Shown in pieces: positions 51,811 to 64,000 of a stretch of 64,000 bases of DNA. The stretch's first letter is position 1. The number at the start of each line of letters is the position of its first letter. A program made the position numbers and the translations under genes. Origin of the DNA: Piromyces finnis finn (taxonomy: Eukaryota; Fungi; Neocallimastigomycota); assembly GCA_002104945.1 (NCBI GenBank), contig MCFH01000017.1, positions 496,001 to 560,000 on the forward strand. Direction: 5' to 3'. The notes beneath the pieces were generated by a model. It had not been told where the DNA came from. It did no database searches and saw nothing but the letters and a program-made list of their open reading frames with translations.

Positions 51811-51970
51811 AAAAATTAGAAAAAACTAGAGATTAAAATAATACAATTTAATGGTATTTATACATGAATATTATTTTAAACTATTATATTATCGTTTCTA
51901 ACTATTATTAATTAAATTCTTAAAGTTATATTAAACATATTGATTGTTAACTAATTAAATTATAAGATTA

Positions 51971-53620
51971 TTAATTTGCTTGTTCTTGTGACTTCTTGTC
52001 TTGTTCATTGGTCAAATCAATTTCGATCTGGAAGTTCGATAACCTTCTTTTCTTTATTTCATTACTAATGGCGGTTTCAGAAGCGGGGAATATTTCTTTC
52101 AACTCATTATCAATAATTAAGGCAGTTAATCTTTTATCGAATGTATCGACTTTATTTCTAAGAAGTTCTATTTCTTTCCATTGGGCAGTTATCTGTTTTT
52201 CCGTCTTATTGACTTTCTTGGTTAATTCAATTCTTTCCGCTTTAGGATTGAGGTCATATCTTAAATCATTGATTTTTTGATTTAATTTATCGAATTTCCT
52301 CTTTACTTCTGCTTGAGTACCTCCTGTTTGGAGTAATTGAATTTCTTCTTTTACTTTCTTTATCTCTTGATTAAAATATTCTCTTTTGTCTAGAACATCC
52401 TTTAAATCTTGACACCTTAAATTTATTTGTTTTTTATATTGCTTTTCAAAGAAAGTGTTTTCTTCGAGTAGATTAACTATTTGTTCCTTTAGGGTTTTGA
52501 ATAAGGTTTCTTGATTTTGGTACCATTTATATAGATAATCTTTCAATTCTTCATCTTTCTTTCCTTCGATTAAGGAGCATACTGTGGCTTTAAACACCTT
52601 AAAGTCAATCTCTTCCCTTTCTTCATCATTGCTTTTATTGAATGATTCCATATCCTTAAGTTCGATTGGGTTAATTATGAAGTCTAAGGAATTCGTTTCT
52701 TCAATGTTGTTGACTTGTTGTGGATTATTTCTATTGTTAGTGCTCATTTCGTTTTCCTGTTCCATTCTTATAAATCTGGATAGTAAGTCAGCTATTTTGT
52801 TGTCCTTTCCTTCAATATAACAGGGAATGACGTTGTAGTTACAGATATTTTCAAATAGTCTAAGTTTTCTGTTTGTTTCGACTTTTGAGCCTGAATTAAT
52901 ATAGATAACTAAATTTTTGTGATCGGTAGCACAGTAAATTTTCTGTCCTTGTTGTAAGAGTAGCCTGTAGTGTTGAAGGGTATCCGATAACGCTAATAAT
53001 TCACGGTCAAATATAGAATACTTTCGTTCAGTAGAGTTAAGTTTTCTGGAGAAGAAACCTATTGGCTTTAAATATTTTTTCAATTCGGATAAACTATTAT
53101 TTTTAATTTCAAATGTGTTCATGGCATCATTTAATTTTATTGGTGGATCGATATCTTCACGATTCTTGGCTTTATCGAGATTTTTATTTTCGCGTCCATT
53201 TCTTTCATAATGTCCGTTATATGTCCATTTTTTATGACCAAATAGATTTTCGATAGTTTCTCGATTAATATTATTCTTGTATACGTTACTTAAAATGTAA
53301 TTTTGAACATGTATGTTTGGGGCTTCCGCTTGAAAAATTGCGGCACCAATTCCGATTTCCGATGCGTCGGTTAGGATAAAAATATCGTGGTTAGGTTTGA
53401 AGGGTGCTAGATTTGGAAGGTTAGGAATTAAATCCTTGAAATAGTTAAGTTCATTATTCATTTCCTTAGTCCAAGTAGTGTTTTTATTAGATAATCCTAA
53501 CGAAATATTCTTAGTTTTTTCAGTGAAGTTATTAACATAATCCTTGAAATAGTTTAAGAATTCGTAGAGTTGTTGGTATTCCTTTTGAGTTCTACATTCT
53601 TTAATATCTAAGGTTTTATT
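51971..53620 (-). CDS. RT thumb/connection, RNase H with an insertion of about 85 aa, and a coiled-coil tail of about 265 aa; no integrase (copy B, 5'-truncated)
   Basis: ORF 51971-53461 has TDASEIGIGA...PIGFFSRKL...FDRELLAL...TDHKNL...NKIADLLSR and no HHCC or DDE afterwards. Upstream sequence continues the RT (YQQLYEFLNYFKDY). Confidence 0.88.
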   Translation of the reverse strand, partial: NKTLDIKECRTQKEYQQLYEFLNYFKDYVNNFTEKTKNISLGLSNKNTTWTKEMNNELNYFKDLIPNLPNLAPFKPNHDIFILTDASEIGIGAAIFQAEAPNIHVQNYILSNVYKNNINRETIENLFGHKKWTYNGHYERNGRENKNLDKAKNREDIDPPIKLNDAMNTFEIKNNSLSELKKYLKPIGFFSRKLNSTERKYSIFDRELLALSDTLQHYRLLLQQGQKIYCATDHKNLVIYINSGSKVETNRKLRLFENICNYNVIPCYIEGKDNKIADLLSRFIRMEQENEMSTNNRNNPQQVNNIEETNSLDFIINPIELKDMESFNKSNDEEREEIDFKVFKATVCSLIEGKKDEELKDYLYKWYQNQETLFKTLKEQIVNLLEENTFFEKQYKKQINLRCQDLKDVLDKREYFNQEIKKVKEEIQLLQTGGTQAEVKRKFDKLNQKINDLRYDLNPKAERIELTKKVNKTEKQITAQWKEIELLRNKVDTFDKRLTALIIDNELKEIFPASETAISNEIKKRRLSNFQIEIDLTNEQDKKSQEQAN

Positions 53621-53737
53621 AGAATAAGAAAATAGATAAATTATATAGAATTTATCTATGTTTCTTACAAATTTAAATATTATATAAAAAAACTATAATA
53701 TTCAAGATACAAAATGGGTAAAATTAAAAACTCCAAA

Positions 53738-53780
<43 letters not shown>
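53738..53780. repeat. (AAT)n microsatellite
   Basis: About 14 perfect units. Confidence 0.95.
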
Positions 53781-53782
<2 letters not shown>

Positions 53783-53892
53783 CACATATTTTTTATTAAG
53801 ACACATAGAGTGAGAAAATATATATTTTATATAATATATTTTATATCCCATTCTGCAATTAATTTTATATTTTACATAATTAAGGTAGAATA

Positions 53893-56800
53893 ATGGATTT
53901 CAATAATTTAATCAATATTAACCCTAGTGAGAAGAAGACTAAAGATTCCTCTGATCCTACTGCTTCTAAACTTATAAAAGCTATGACAAAATTTATCCCG
54001 ACATTTTTCTCTCCAAGTGGGGTGTTGGCCAAGGAGAGAACAGAAAATGTTAAGGATAATATCCTGGAAATAGTAGTCCAGAGCGAATGTTTCATTAAGG
54101 ATCACCCTCACTCTTCAATCTGATGAAGCAAAAAATACCTTCATCATAAATAAGTTGACAGGTGTTGCTAGAAAATGGGGTTTATCCCTCTTAATTGACG
54201 GGACACTTAGTACCCTTAACTTTAATGAGTTTAAGCAACTACTTTTAAACAATTTTGATGTGGGAATGAAAAGAAACAAAAATACGTTCTAATGAACAAA
54301 CTGTGGAATCTTAAGCAACTTCAATTAGGAAAAGCTACTGATTATACTATTAAATTCCGAAGATTGGCCGGAAGAATAGGATGGCCTGATGAGATTTTTG
54401 TAGACATTATTGGCAAGGGTCTTTTTGATCGTGTAAGACAAGCCTCCACCCCATCGTTGTTACGACATGACAATTGACTTAATTCCAGGAAGTCAATTAT
54501 ACTTCGGTCCGATATACTCTTTAACAGTTAAGGAATTAGAAGCTTTAAAGGAGTATATTAAAGGAAATCCTTTCAAAGGTTTTATAAGGAAGTCCAAGTC
54601 CCCGGTCCTCTTTGTTAAAAAACACAATGGTTCTCTTAGGTTATGCGTTGATTATCGACGCTTAAATTCTATACCCATTAGAAATAGTTACCCTATACTA
54701 AGGATCAATGATCTCATTGAATCTTTCAAGAGTGCGAAGACTTTTACCTGTTTAGATCTACGCTCGGCTTACAATCTAGTACGAATAAAGAAGGGTCACG
54801 AATATCTCACTGCCTTTAGAACTCCTTTGGGACACTTTGAATACCTCATGATGCCTTTTTGTCTACGTTACGCCCCCTCTGTTTTCAAAGGTTTATTCAA
54901 GATGTCCTTTCTGATGTTCTGGGTTCCTACACTCAAGTTTACCTCGACAAGATAATTATATATTCAAATAACACTTCTGAACATATCAGACATGTTTGCA
55001 CAGTACTCCAGGCTCTAATTAAGAACGGGTTATACGCTAAACCCGAGAAATGTGAATTCCATGTAGAAAAAACTACATTCTTAGGATTCACAGTATCCGT
55101 TAATGGTTTAACTATGGATCAAGATAAAATAAAATCGGTCCTAGACTGGCTCACACCAAAAAACACTAAAGAACTCCAAAGTATTTTAGGTTTATGTAAT
55201 TTTTATAGGAAATTCATTAAGAATTTCGCAAAAATTCATGGAGCCTCTCAGAAAATTATTAAAAAAGAACTCTAACTTCCTTTGGGATCAAAGTGCTGAG
55301 GATGCATTTGTTAAACTTAAAAGTGATTAGTGTCTGATAGCTTATTAACTTTTCCTGATGCCGACAAATCGTTTATTGTAGAGACCGATGCGAGCGACTT
55401 CGCAATTAGCTGTGTACTCTCTCAATATAACGATGCTGACAATCTTATACACCCGGTTGCCTTTCACTCCAGATCGCTAACCAATCCAGAGATAAATTAT
55501 ACAATCTATGATAAGGAACTTTTGGCGATTATTACTGTATTTGATACATGGAGATACCATCTGGAGAGTGCCAAATTCCCTGTGCAGGTAATAACTAACC
55601 ATAAAAATCTCTTATATTTCAAAAAATCCCAACATCTGAATCAAAGGCAGATCCGTTAGAGTCTTTTCTTATCAAAATTTAACTTCAGAATTTCTTATAG
55701 ACCAGGGAGTAGTGGCGGGAAACCGGATGCCCTATCCAGACGCCCAGACTATAAAATGCCTTTTGAAAATACTAGTCGCCCTATTTTTCAAGAAGAATCC
55801 TTTTGTTGTGCTACAAGTGATAATGTTAATAGCTTAATAAACGCCCAGAAGGAAAATAAATTCTGTAGGGAAACTTTGGATAAGATAAAAAACCATTCTA
55901 TCAAAGTTAAAAGTCCTTTGTTCAGTTTAACTGATGGTATACTTTACTTTCAAAACCGCATCATTGTACCACATCCTCTTAGGGCTAGGATCCTTAAATC
56001 ATTCCACGATCTACCAACAAGCGGCCACCAAGGAATTGACAAAACAATGGAAAAAATTAAAAGATACTACTGGTGGCCTAATATGCAAAAGGATGTCCAA
56101 AACTATGTACTTTCCTGTGATGTTTGTGGTAAATGTAAAATTCTCAGACACAAACCTTATGGAAGAATTCAACCATTGCCGGTTCCGAATAAACCATGGT
56201 AAATCATTGATGTTGATTTCATTGTCTACCTACCAAGCTTACAGGATTTTTCTTGTATTATGGTAGTCGCGGACCATCTAACAAAATGAGTCATATGGTG
56301 CCCTGTGCCGACGTCCCTTCCGCGGATCTAACCGCTAAACTTTTTCTTTTTAATGTCTTTAGGTATCATGGATTTCACAAAATAATCATTTCTGATCATG
56401 GTTCCCAGTTCTCATCTGAATTCTGGATTTCTCTTTGTTCTTCTCTCTGTATAAAGCCTAGAATTGCAACGGCTCATCACCAATAATCTAATGGTCAAAT
56501 TGAAAGAATTAACGCGATGATTGAGCAATACTTGAGATGCTACTATTCTTCAGCCCAGAGTGAATGGTGTTTTTATCTACCTCTTTGTGAATGCGCGTAT
56601 AACAACTCCTTACATAAGTCCATTGGTGTTTTCCCATTTTTCGCGAATTATGGGTTTAACCCTAATTGTATCATTGACTCTCCTCCAATTCTCTTAAAGG
56701 ATAAGGCTTCAAATCTTTCTAGGGACTGGGCTTCTCACTTTGAAGGTCTTAAATCTCACTTAGCCAAAGCTAAAGAAGACTTCAAGAAGTCCGTTAATCC

Positions 56801-57053
56801 TAAAAAATCTGCTGGACCTGACCTTAAAGTGAATGACATGGTTTGGTTAAAAAGGTACTATTTTTCCAACGAACCTTCTAAGAAACTATCTTCATAATAT
56901 TTAGGGCCGTTTAAAATCATTGAAAAGAGGGAAAGAATGAACTACCGTCTTGAGTTGCCAGAAAACTTACACCACCCTGTATTTCATATTTCGCAATTAG
57001 AACCATGCTTAAAAAGTAATCCTGAACTTAAAGAATCATCTGAAGAGGAGCAA
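53893..57053 (+). pseudogene. Ty3/Gypsy gag-pol remnant (protease region deleted), ending in a PPT
   Basis: Gag LKQLQLGKATDYTIKFRRLA, RT LCVDYRRLN and YLDK, RNase H ETDASDFA, integrase HDLPTSGH...CDVC and ISDHGSQF. PPT GAAGAGGAG lies before TG at 57054. Confidence 0.92.
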
Positions 57054-57430
57054 TGTAAGAATTAATATTAAATTATTTAATATTTATTCTTAGATTATAT
57101 AATTGTACATTATATAGAAATTTATTTAATACATTAGTTATCTATACATTTAATTATTAAATATTTATTTAAAATATTATTAAAACATCCATTAATATAA
57201 TATAGTAATTTATTTAGTATATTAGTTATTTATACATTTAATTACATTATTAATATATATTTAAAACATTATTAATTCGTTCATTAATATAATATAGTAA
57301 ATTATTTAAAGTATTAATTTTACATACACTTAATTTAATTAATAGTATATATTTTGATATAGTAATTTATTTATTTACTTTATTACTAAAATTATTATAC
57401 AAAATCTTTTACAAAATATATAACATATTA
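57054..57430 (+). mobile_element. Putative 3' LTR (right end uncertain)
   Basis: Starts TGTAAG right after the PPT and resembles the reversed sequence starting at 30864. Confidence 0.5.
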
Positions 57431-60400
57431 TTTTGTTAAATACATTAGAAATATCGGATATTACAGTTTTTCCTTTATTAGGTTTTACTTAATATTATGA
57501 TGATTGGTATGTTTAGAATATCAATCGAATTTCTTTTTAGATTTTTCTTCTAATATTTTCCTAAAAAGATTATTTGTTAATATTAGAAATTATTTATTTA
57601 ACTTTAAATTTTGATAAATATATAAATAAGAGAACTCTTGGATTTCATTAAAGAATCCAAAGTTATTATTATAAGAACAAACTATAATAAATAACCTTTT
57701 CAAAAAACTATATTAATAAAAATATTTAAACTAAAAATATTCTTAAAATTTTGTGATGTTTATTATAACTCATTTATAATAAACTCTTTAAGATAAGTAT
57801 TTATTTTATTATTTTTTTTAAGAAATTCCTCAATTTAATAATACAAAATACATATTGTATTATTATATTGTAGATAATAATAATTATTACAATCATTGAT
57901 ACGGTATGATATTATCTTAATTCTATAAATGAATATAGAAAGTGATAATATCTATATCTAAAATTTAATAAATAAAAATAAAGAAAATAAAATAAATGAT
58001 TTTTATACTTGTTCATTTACAAGTCTTTGTTAGTTTAAAATATAAAATTATTTTATTTAATTATAAGGTTTTAATAACTCTTGTATTATTAAATATATAT
58101 ATGTTATTCTTATTCAATACATCTCGTATGTATAACTATAATTACAAATATTATTTTATATAAATTATATATATAAATTATATATCTAATTTTACTGGAT
58201 TATTAGGAACAATTTTTAAAAAGAACATTTTTTATTACTATTTATACAAAATTATTATTTTAAAGTATAATTATAAATAAATATAAGCTATTTAATTTAA
58301 AAAGAATTAAACAATTAAATAAACAAAAAGCTTACATTTATAATTTTAATTTAATAATTTTATATATGTTAATTATTTTAAATTTTTAACTATTTGTGTT
58401 TTAATATTATTATTATTATTATTATCGTTATTATTATTGTTATTATTATAATTTATAAATAATAAATTAATAGAATAGTTAATTTTGAAATTATATAGAC
58501 TTAATATATTTTAAAATAATATTAAATAATTAAAATAATGTAAAATATAAATATTTAATTAAATTTTAACAATGTAAAACATAAACAATTTTTGTTTATA
58601 AACAAACTTAAATGTAATTAAATAGTATAAATAGAAATAGAAAATATTATTTTAAAATTTGTTACTAATTAGCCAGGAAAATCAGAATATTTTAATAAGA
58701 ATTATAATAAATTAATATATTTTTTTTTATAATACATAGCGAGATGTATTATATATTTATTTTAAATAAATAAGCTAATATTATAAAACAAGATGTTTTT
58801 AAAATTTTAAATTTTATTTATTAATAATATAAACTTGTAGAATGAGCAAGTAAAAATAAATCATTCAATTACACACAAATATACCACTTTCTAATTCTGT
58901 TTAGAATTAAGGTATATTTGAACTTGTGTCAATCAAAAAGCGATTCTTTTATTAAAGAAAAGTGTGGTAAGCACACTAGTTATATTAATTAACAAATATA
59001 ATACGCTTTCAATAGGAAAGCGTAAAGCTAATAATATTTATAAAGAAAATTAAATAATATTTTTATTTTAGCAATAACTTAATATATACTGATATTAAGT
59101 TATTAAAAATATTAAAATTTTTAAAATTTTAGGTTTTATAGGAGTTTATAAATTTTATTAACTTTAAGTTAAAAAATTACTAACGCTAAAGCTTCGTAAT
59201 TTTTGTCAATTTTTGTTCTTTTTATACATGAACAATTTTAATTATTACATTTTTTAATTTTAATTAATTATTATCTAATTATAAAATATTTAATTTTTAT
59301 AAATTAATAATTAATATAATTATTGTAAATAGTTAATAAATTTAAATTAAAATTTTTAATAATAAAATTTTAATAATTTTAAAAAATTTAATAATTTCAA
59401 ATATTAGAAATTTTATACTTTGAAATTTTTTAATAAAAATTTAAAAAATAAATTTTTTCAAATTTTCAAATTTTCAGATTTTAAAAAATTTTATAATTTT
59501 TGTAAAGTGGGCTTGAGTTGATATGTAACTTGGTCAGAATGTTTTATATAATATAACTTAATCTAGAATAAAATATTAAACTTATTAATAATTTAATTAT
59601 GAAATTTATTTATTAATTAATTATTTATTAAAATAATATTTATTAAGTTATAGATTATAATTAATAATTGATATTGATATGAATTCATATGATAGATCTT
59701 AAGATTAATCTTTTAAATTACTTTTAAAATAAAAGTATTGTCTTAACCATTTTAAATTATAAATATTTAATATTAAATTGAGAATAACAATTGCTGATAC
59801 TAATTATATATTCTCATGATTAATTAATAATTATAACTGATGATTTTTGATCCAAAGGTTTTTTGGTTTGATTATGATTGAGGTTATTAATCAAAAATTA
59901 TTTGAAAAATTATTAATTTTTATAATTGACTAGGTTTGTAATCAAGAATATTTATTATCTAATCTTATTTAATAATAATGGAGACTTTTTAAATTGAATT
60001 ATTTATAGAAAGTTGGATGACTTGAATAATGACTTTAATTATATAAATTAATATTGATCATTTTAATATATATTATTATATATTAACAGAAACTAATTAA
60101 ATCTTTTAATAGCTATATCTCAAGAACTAGTGGTCTAAATTAGCTGAAAATTTGTGAGAATATAGATCTCAACTAGTACTTTCTATTAAAGTTGATTTAA
60201 AGTCTCTAGAAAATGGAAATAGGACGCGAAATTCAGAAGTTGTCACTAATTTCGTATAATATATTTTTTTTCTCAAAGGTTAATTTATTGAAAATTAAAT
60301 TTTTGTGATCCTTAACCCTTTTCAATATTAAATTTTTTCAAAGTGATCTTTTAATTATTTTTAAAAGTATTTTATAATTTTTGAAATATAAATTTGATTT

Positions 60401-62666
60401 TTAAATTGTTTATTTGAATATTTAATTTATTTTTTAATCGTCTTCTATTCTTGACATTGTGTTTATTCAACTAGTTTTTATTTTGTTTTTATGTGAGTAG
60501 CGTATCAAAAATGATACGTATTATTTAATAATATCATAAATTTAATCATTTATTTTATTTCCAGAAATTAAACAAAAGGGAATTATACAAAATAATATAT
60601 TCTAATAAAATAATGAAAAAGGATTATTTGTATATTTATTTATCTTATATCTTATAACTAATAATTATATTTTAGTGTTATTAATTATTTTGTTTTATTA
60701 TATTTTATTATTTTCAACAATTTATACACCAAGTATCTGAATATAAAAAAGGGAAATAAACATAAAAATCTTATTTATAACTGTCTCTTTAATTTTATTA
60801 ATAAAAATAATTTTAAATACATTTATATATTTAATATAAAAATATTTAAGTTAAAATAACTATAAAAATTCTCAATAATTAATTATATTTTATAAAAGAA
60901 CTCTCTCTCTTAAATAAAAGTTAATCTTTGTTACTTTTATATGAAATTTTTATAATATTTTATTGGTTAGTTAATAACTGATTAAGCTATTAAATAATTC
61001 CTAACCCTTAATTCAACTATATAAGTTTAATATTTTTAACTATATAATTTTATCATGCATCAACAAATGGCACAAGTATAAATATACCTTAATTCTAAAT
61101 AAAATTAGAAAGTGGTATATTTGGTGTATATTTGAATGATTTATTTTTACTTGCTCATTCTACAAGTTTTATATAATTTATAAATAAAATTTAAAAATTT
61201 AAAAACACATCTTGTTTTATAATATTAATTTATTAATTTAAAATAAATATATAATACATCTCGCTATGTATTATAAAAAAATATATTAATTTATTATAAT
61301 TTTAAAATATTCTAATTTTCCTGGCTAATTAGTAACAATCTTTAAAAATAATATTTTCTATTTCTATTTATAATAAATAATTGCATTTAAGTTTGTTTAT
61401 AAACAAAAGTTGTTTATATTTTACATTTTTAAAATTTAATTAAATATTTATATTTTACATTATTTTAATTATTTATTATTATTTTAATTTATATTAATTT
61501 ATTATTTATATATTTCATTCTTTATCACAAATTATGTAAAAGGTTTATTATAAAATTAGTTAGTAAGTTATGTAATTAGTTAATTAAGTTAGTTATTACC
61601 TCTCTATACGAGTTAATAACTAAATAAAGTTTTATAAAAAATAATAAAAGAACTAAAATAAATATTATAACACAAAAATAAATATAAATATATAAATGTT
61701 ATTATGAAATAAATTTACTTAAATAATTATTTTTAATTATATCTTTTATTTATTATTTATAATTATCATACATTAATTGTTATTATAGTTATTAATTTAC
61801 TTTAATACTTACGCTAAAGTATTTAGCGTTTATTTACACTATTCTGTTTAACTATTCTAGTTTATTTCCTTTACCACTTGATTGGGTAAGACAAATAAAC
61901 TTCCTATTTAATGAATAACCATTAATATATGGTTATGCATATATCTGGCCAATAAGTGGTAACCAGAATATATGGTTTCAATTGAAATATTTGTGGGTAA
62001 ACTTATGGCCACAAATATTTCTTACAATGATGCGTTGACCGATATATTTTTGAATAATATAATGTCTTTAATAAATAATAAATTCTATATTATTATAATG
62101 AAACAATAAATTTAAAATAAAATAAAATATGTTTTATAATTAACAAATAAATCACTCAAAACTCGAAAATAAACTCTTATTATGTTTTAAATTAAATCTT
62201 TTATATTTTATAATTTATTGTCTTTTTTATTCTCTATTTATTGTCCTCATTTTTATGAAGAAGAATTTTATCTTCTTTTTATACATTTTTCATTTATTAC
62301 ATGTATTATTTTTAACTATTAAATATTATTATTACTATTGTTATTATTTATTAAAATTAAAAGAATAAATTAAAATTATGTCTTAGTATTATAAAATATT
62401 ATAGAATATTACTTATTTGATTTTCTTATTACTTCAAAATGTTTAAATTTAGAAAAATTATTATAAATTATCATTGACTATCATTAAATGTATAATACCT
62501 TGAATAAAATAATTAAAATTTAAAATTAAAATAATATTAAAATAAAAATATAACAAAATTAAAATATTAAAAGTATCAATTATTATAAACACTCATTTTA
62601 TACAGAAACATAAAAGAGTTCTGTATTTTATCTTTAGAATTGTTATTATTGTTTTATTTCCAGGTT

Positions 62667-63824
62667 TTAAGTATGATAATGAACTAAATTCTTTTGATGA
62701 ACATTTCTTTCTGCTATTGCACCACTAATAGGATCACATAATGTAGCAGTATTAAATTCCATTTTAATAATACGGAAAGGTCCAATGAAAAATGGATCTA
62801 ACTTTCTTCTTGAAAAATTTCTAACAAGTACTAAATCACCAGCTGAAAATGCAGTATTCATTGAAGCTTTTTGTTTTCTTCTATTTTCTCATAATTTATT
62901 AGCATTCTGAATATTTTTGGTAACTTCTATAACCCATTCCCAATGTGTAGTAAATTTATTTATTAAATATTCTTCAGGAGTTTCATATTCATTTTTATTA
63001 TTATATTCTATCATAAGTTCAAATGGTTGAAGGTCAGTACGACCATATAATAATTCAAAGCTAGAAAATTTTGTTACTTCATTTTTACAAGTACGTAGAG
63101 CCCATAAAGCCGATGGAAGAACTTCGTCCCATTCTTTATTTGAGTCTCCTAATAGTCGAATATTTTTAACAATTTCTCTATTACGATTTTCAACTTGTCC
63201 ATTTGTTTCTGGATGATAAATGCTAGAATATTGAACATATATACCATATAAATCAAGAAAACCTTTAGTAGCATCAGAAGTAAATTGTGGACCATTATCA
63301 GTAATTAATATTTCTGGAGTACCATGTCTAGAAAATACATTTGTAAGAAATTTTATAACATCCGTAGATTCAATTGATTTTAGAGGTTCAGCTACTTTTC
63401 TGATATTGTTTCCATCTTTATAATATTTTATTCCATTTATTAAGATAATTTTCTTTTTAAGAAATTCTTTAATTTTATTACTTCCTGGATATTCATTTGA
63501 ATTATTTTCACTAGTATCAATAGATGTGTCAGTTACAAGTACCGCTTCCGAGTCAGTATAATTATCTATTAATTCAATTTTTTCATTTTCAGATGGAACT
63601 GAGGATATTTTTATTTTATCTTCTATATTAAAATAATTATTTTTATCAATATTAAAAATATTAGATGGATCATATGAATGAATATTATTATGATTATTAT
63701 GGATATTAGGATTATAATAACTAGTTGTAATATTTTCATTTAATTTAGGAAAATCATTTTTATTTATATCTATTTTATTATTTAAGTTGCGAGTATCATT
63801 TAAGTAATTGATATCACTATTCAT
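62667..63824 (-). pseudogene. Gypsy integrase fragment with an Asn-rich upstream region and an in-frame internal deletion
   Basis: RHGTPEILITDNGPQF, HPETNGQVENRN and PFFIGPFRI are present. The HHCC motif and first catalytic Asp region are absent. Confidence 0.88.
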
Positions 63825-64000
63825 TACTTTATTATAAACAATATCATTATCATAGTCAGATAATTTATTTATTTCATTATTTTTAAAATAATTATTATTC
63901 AGGCTTTTATCAATATCATTTTTAAAATTTATATTTATATTTTTATTTCCATGTGAATTATTATTAATAGAGATATAATTATTTAAATCAACATTATTAA

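Noticed and set aside
32140-58932. Blocks at 32.1-32.9 kb and 57.9-58.9 kb as flanks of a giant inversion
   Set aside because: The copies are diverged, not adjacent in the required way, and belong to a dispersed family with further copies at about 24.3 and 61 kb.
1-64000. RIP-like hypermutation as the cause of AT richness
   Set aside because: Stops arise from mixed changes, and near-identical repeats (the LTR pair and inverted arms) persist unmutated. A dinucleotide-index calculation would be needed to claim more.

Overview
This is an extremely AT-rich eukaryotic window with no intact host gene. The composition and element types suggest an anaerobic gut fungus (Neocallimastigomycota), but that is an inference. 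Nearly all of it is nested, decayed retroelements: several Ty3/Gypsy families, two Ty1/Copia remnants, solo LTRs and non-autonomous AT-rich repeats. One Gypsy element is structurally complete and very young (37033-45400: 812-bp LTRs with no difference seen by eye, TCAG target-site duplication, tRNA-Tyr-type PBS). It has a -1 frameshift heptamer plus an H-type pseudoknot and two strongly structured islands in its 1.9-kb leader. The most unusual signal is a separate Gag/PR/RT/RNase H family present in three diverged copies (about 15.5-22.1 kb, 25.3-25.9 kb and 48.9-53.6 kb). In it, RNase H carries an insertion of about 85 aa, a coiled-coil tail stands where integrase should be, no LTR/PBS/PPT is recognisable, and pol lies upstream of a giant coiled-coil Gag-like ORF, as if the copies came from a circular, pararetrovirus-like genome. 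The 15-27 kb region also has inversions flanked by inverted duplications, one with (CCCTAA)3 inserted at a junction. All alignments and folds were done by eye; no database searches were possible.
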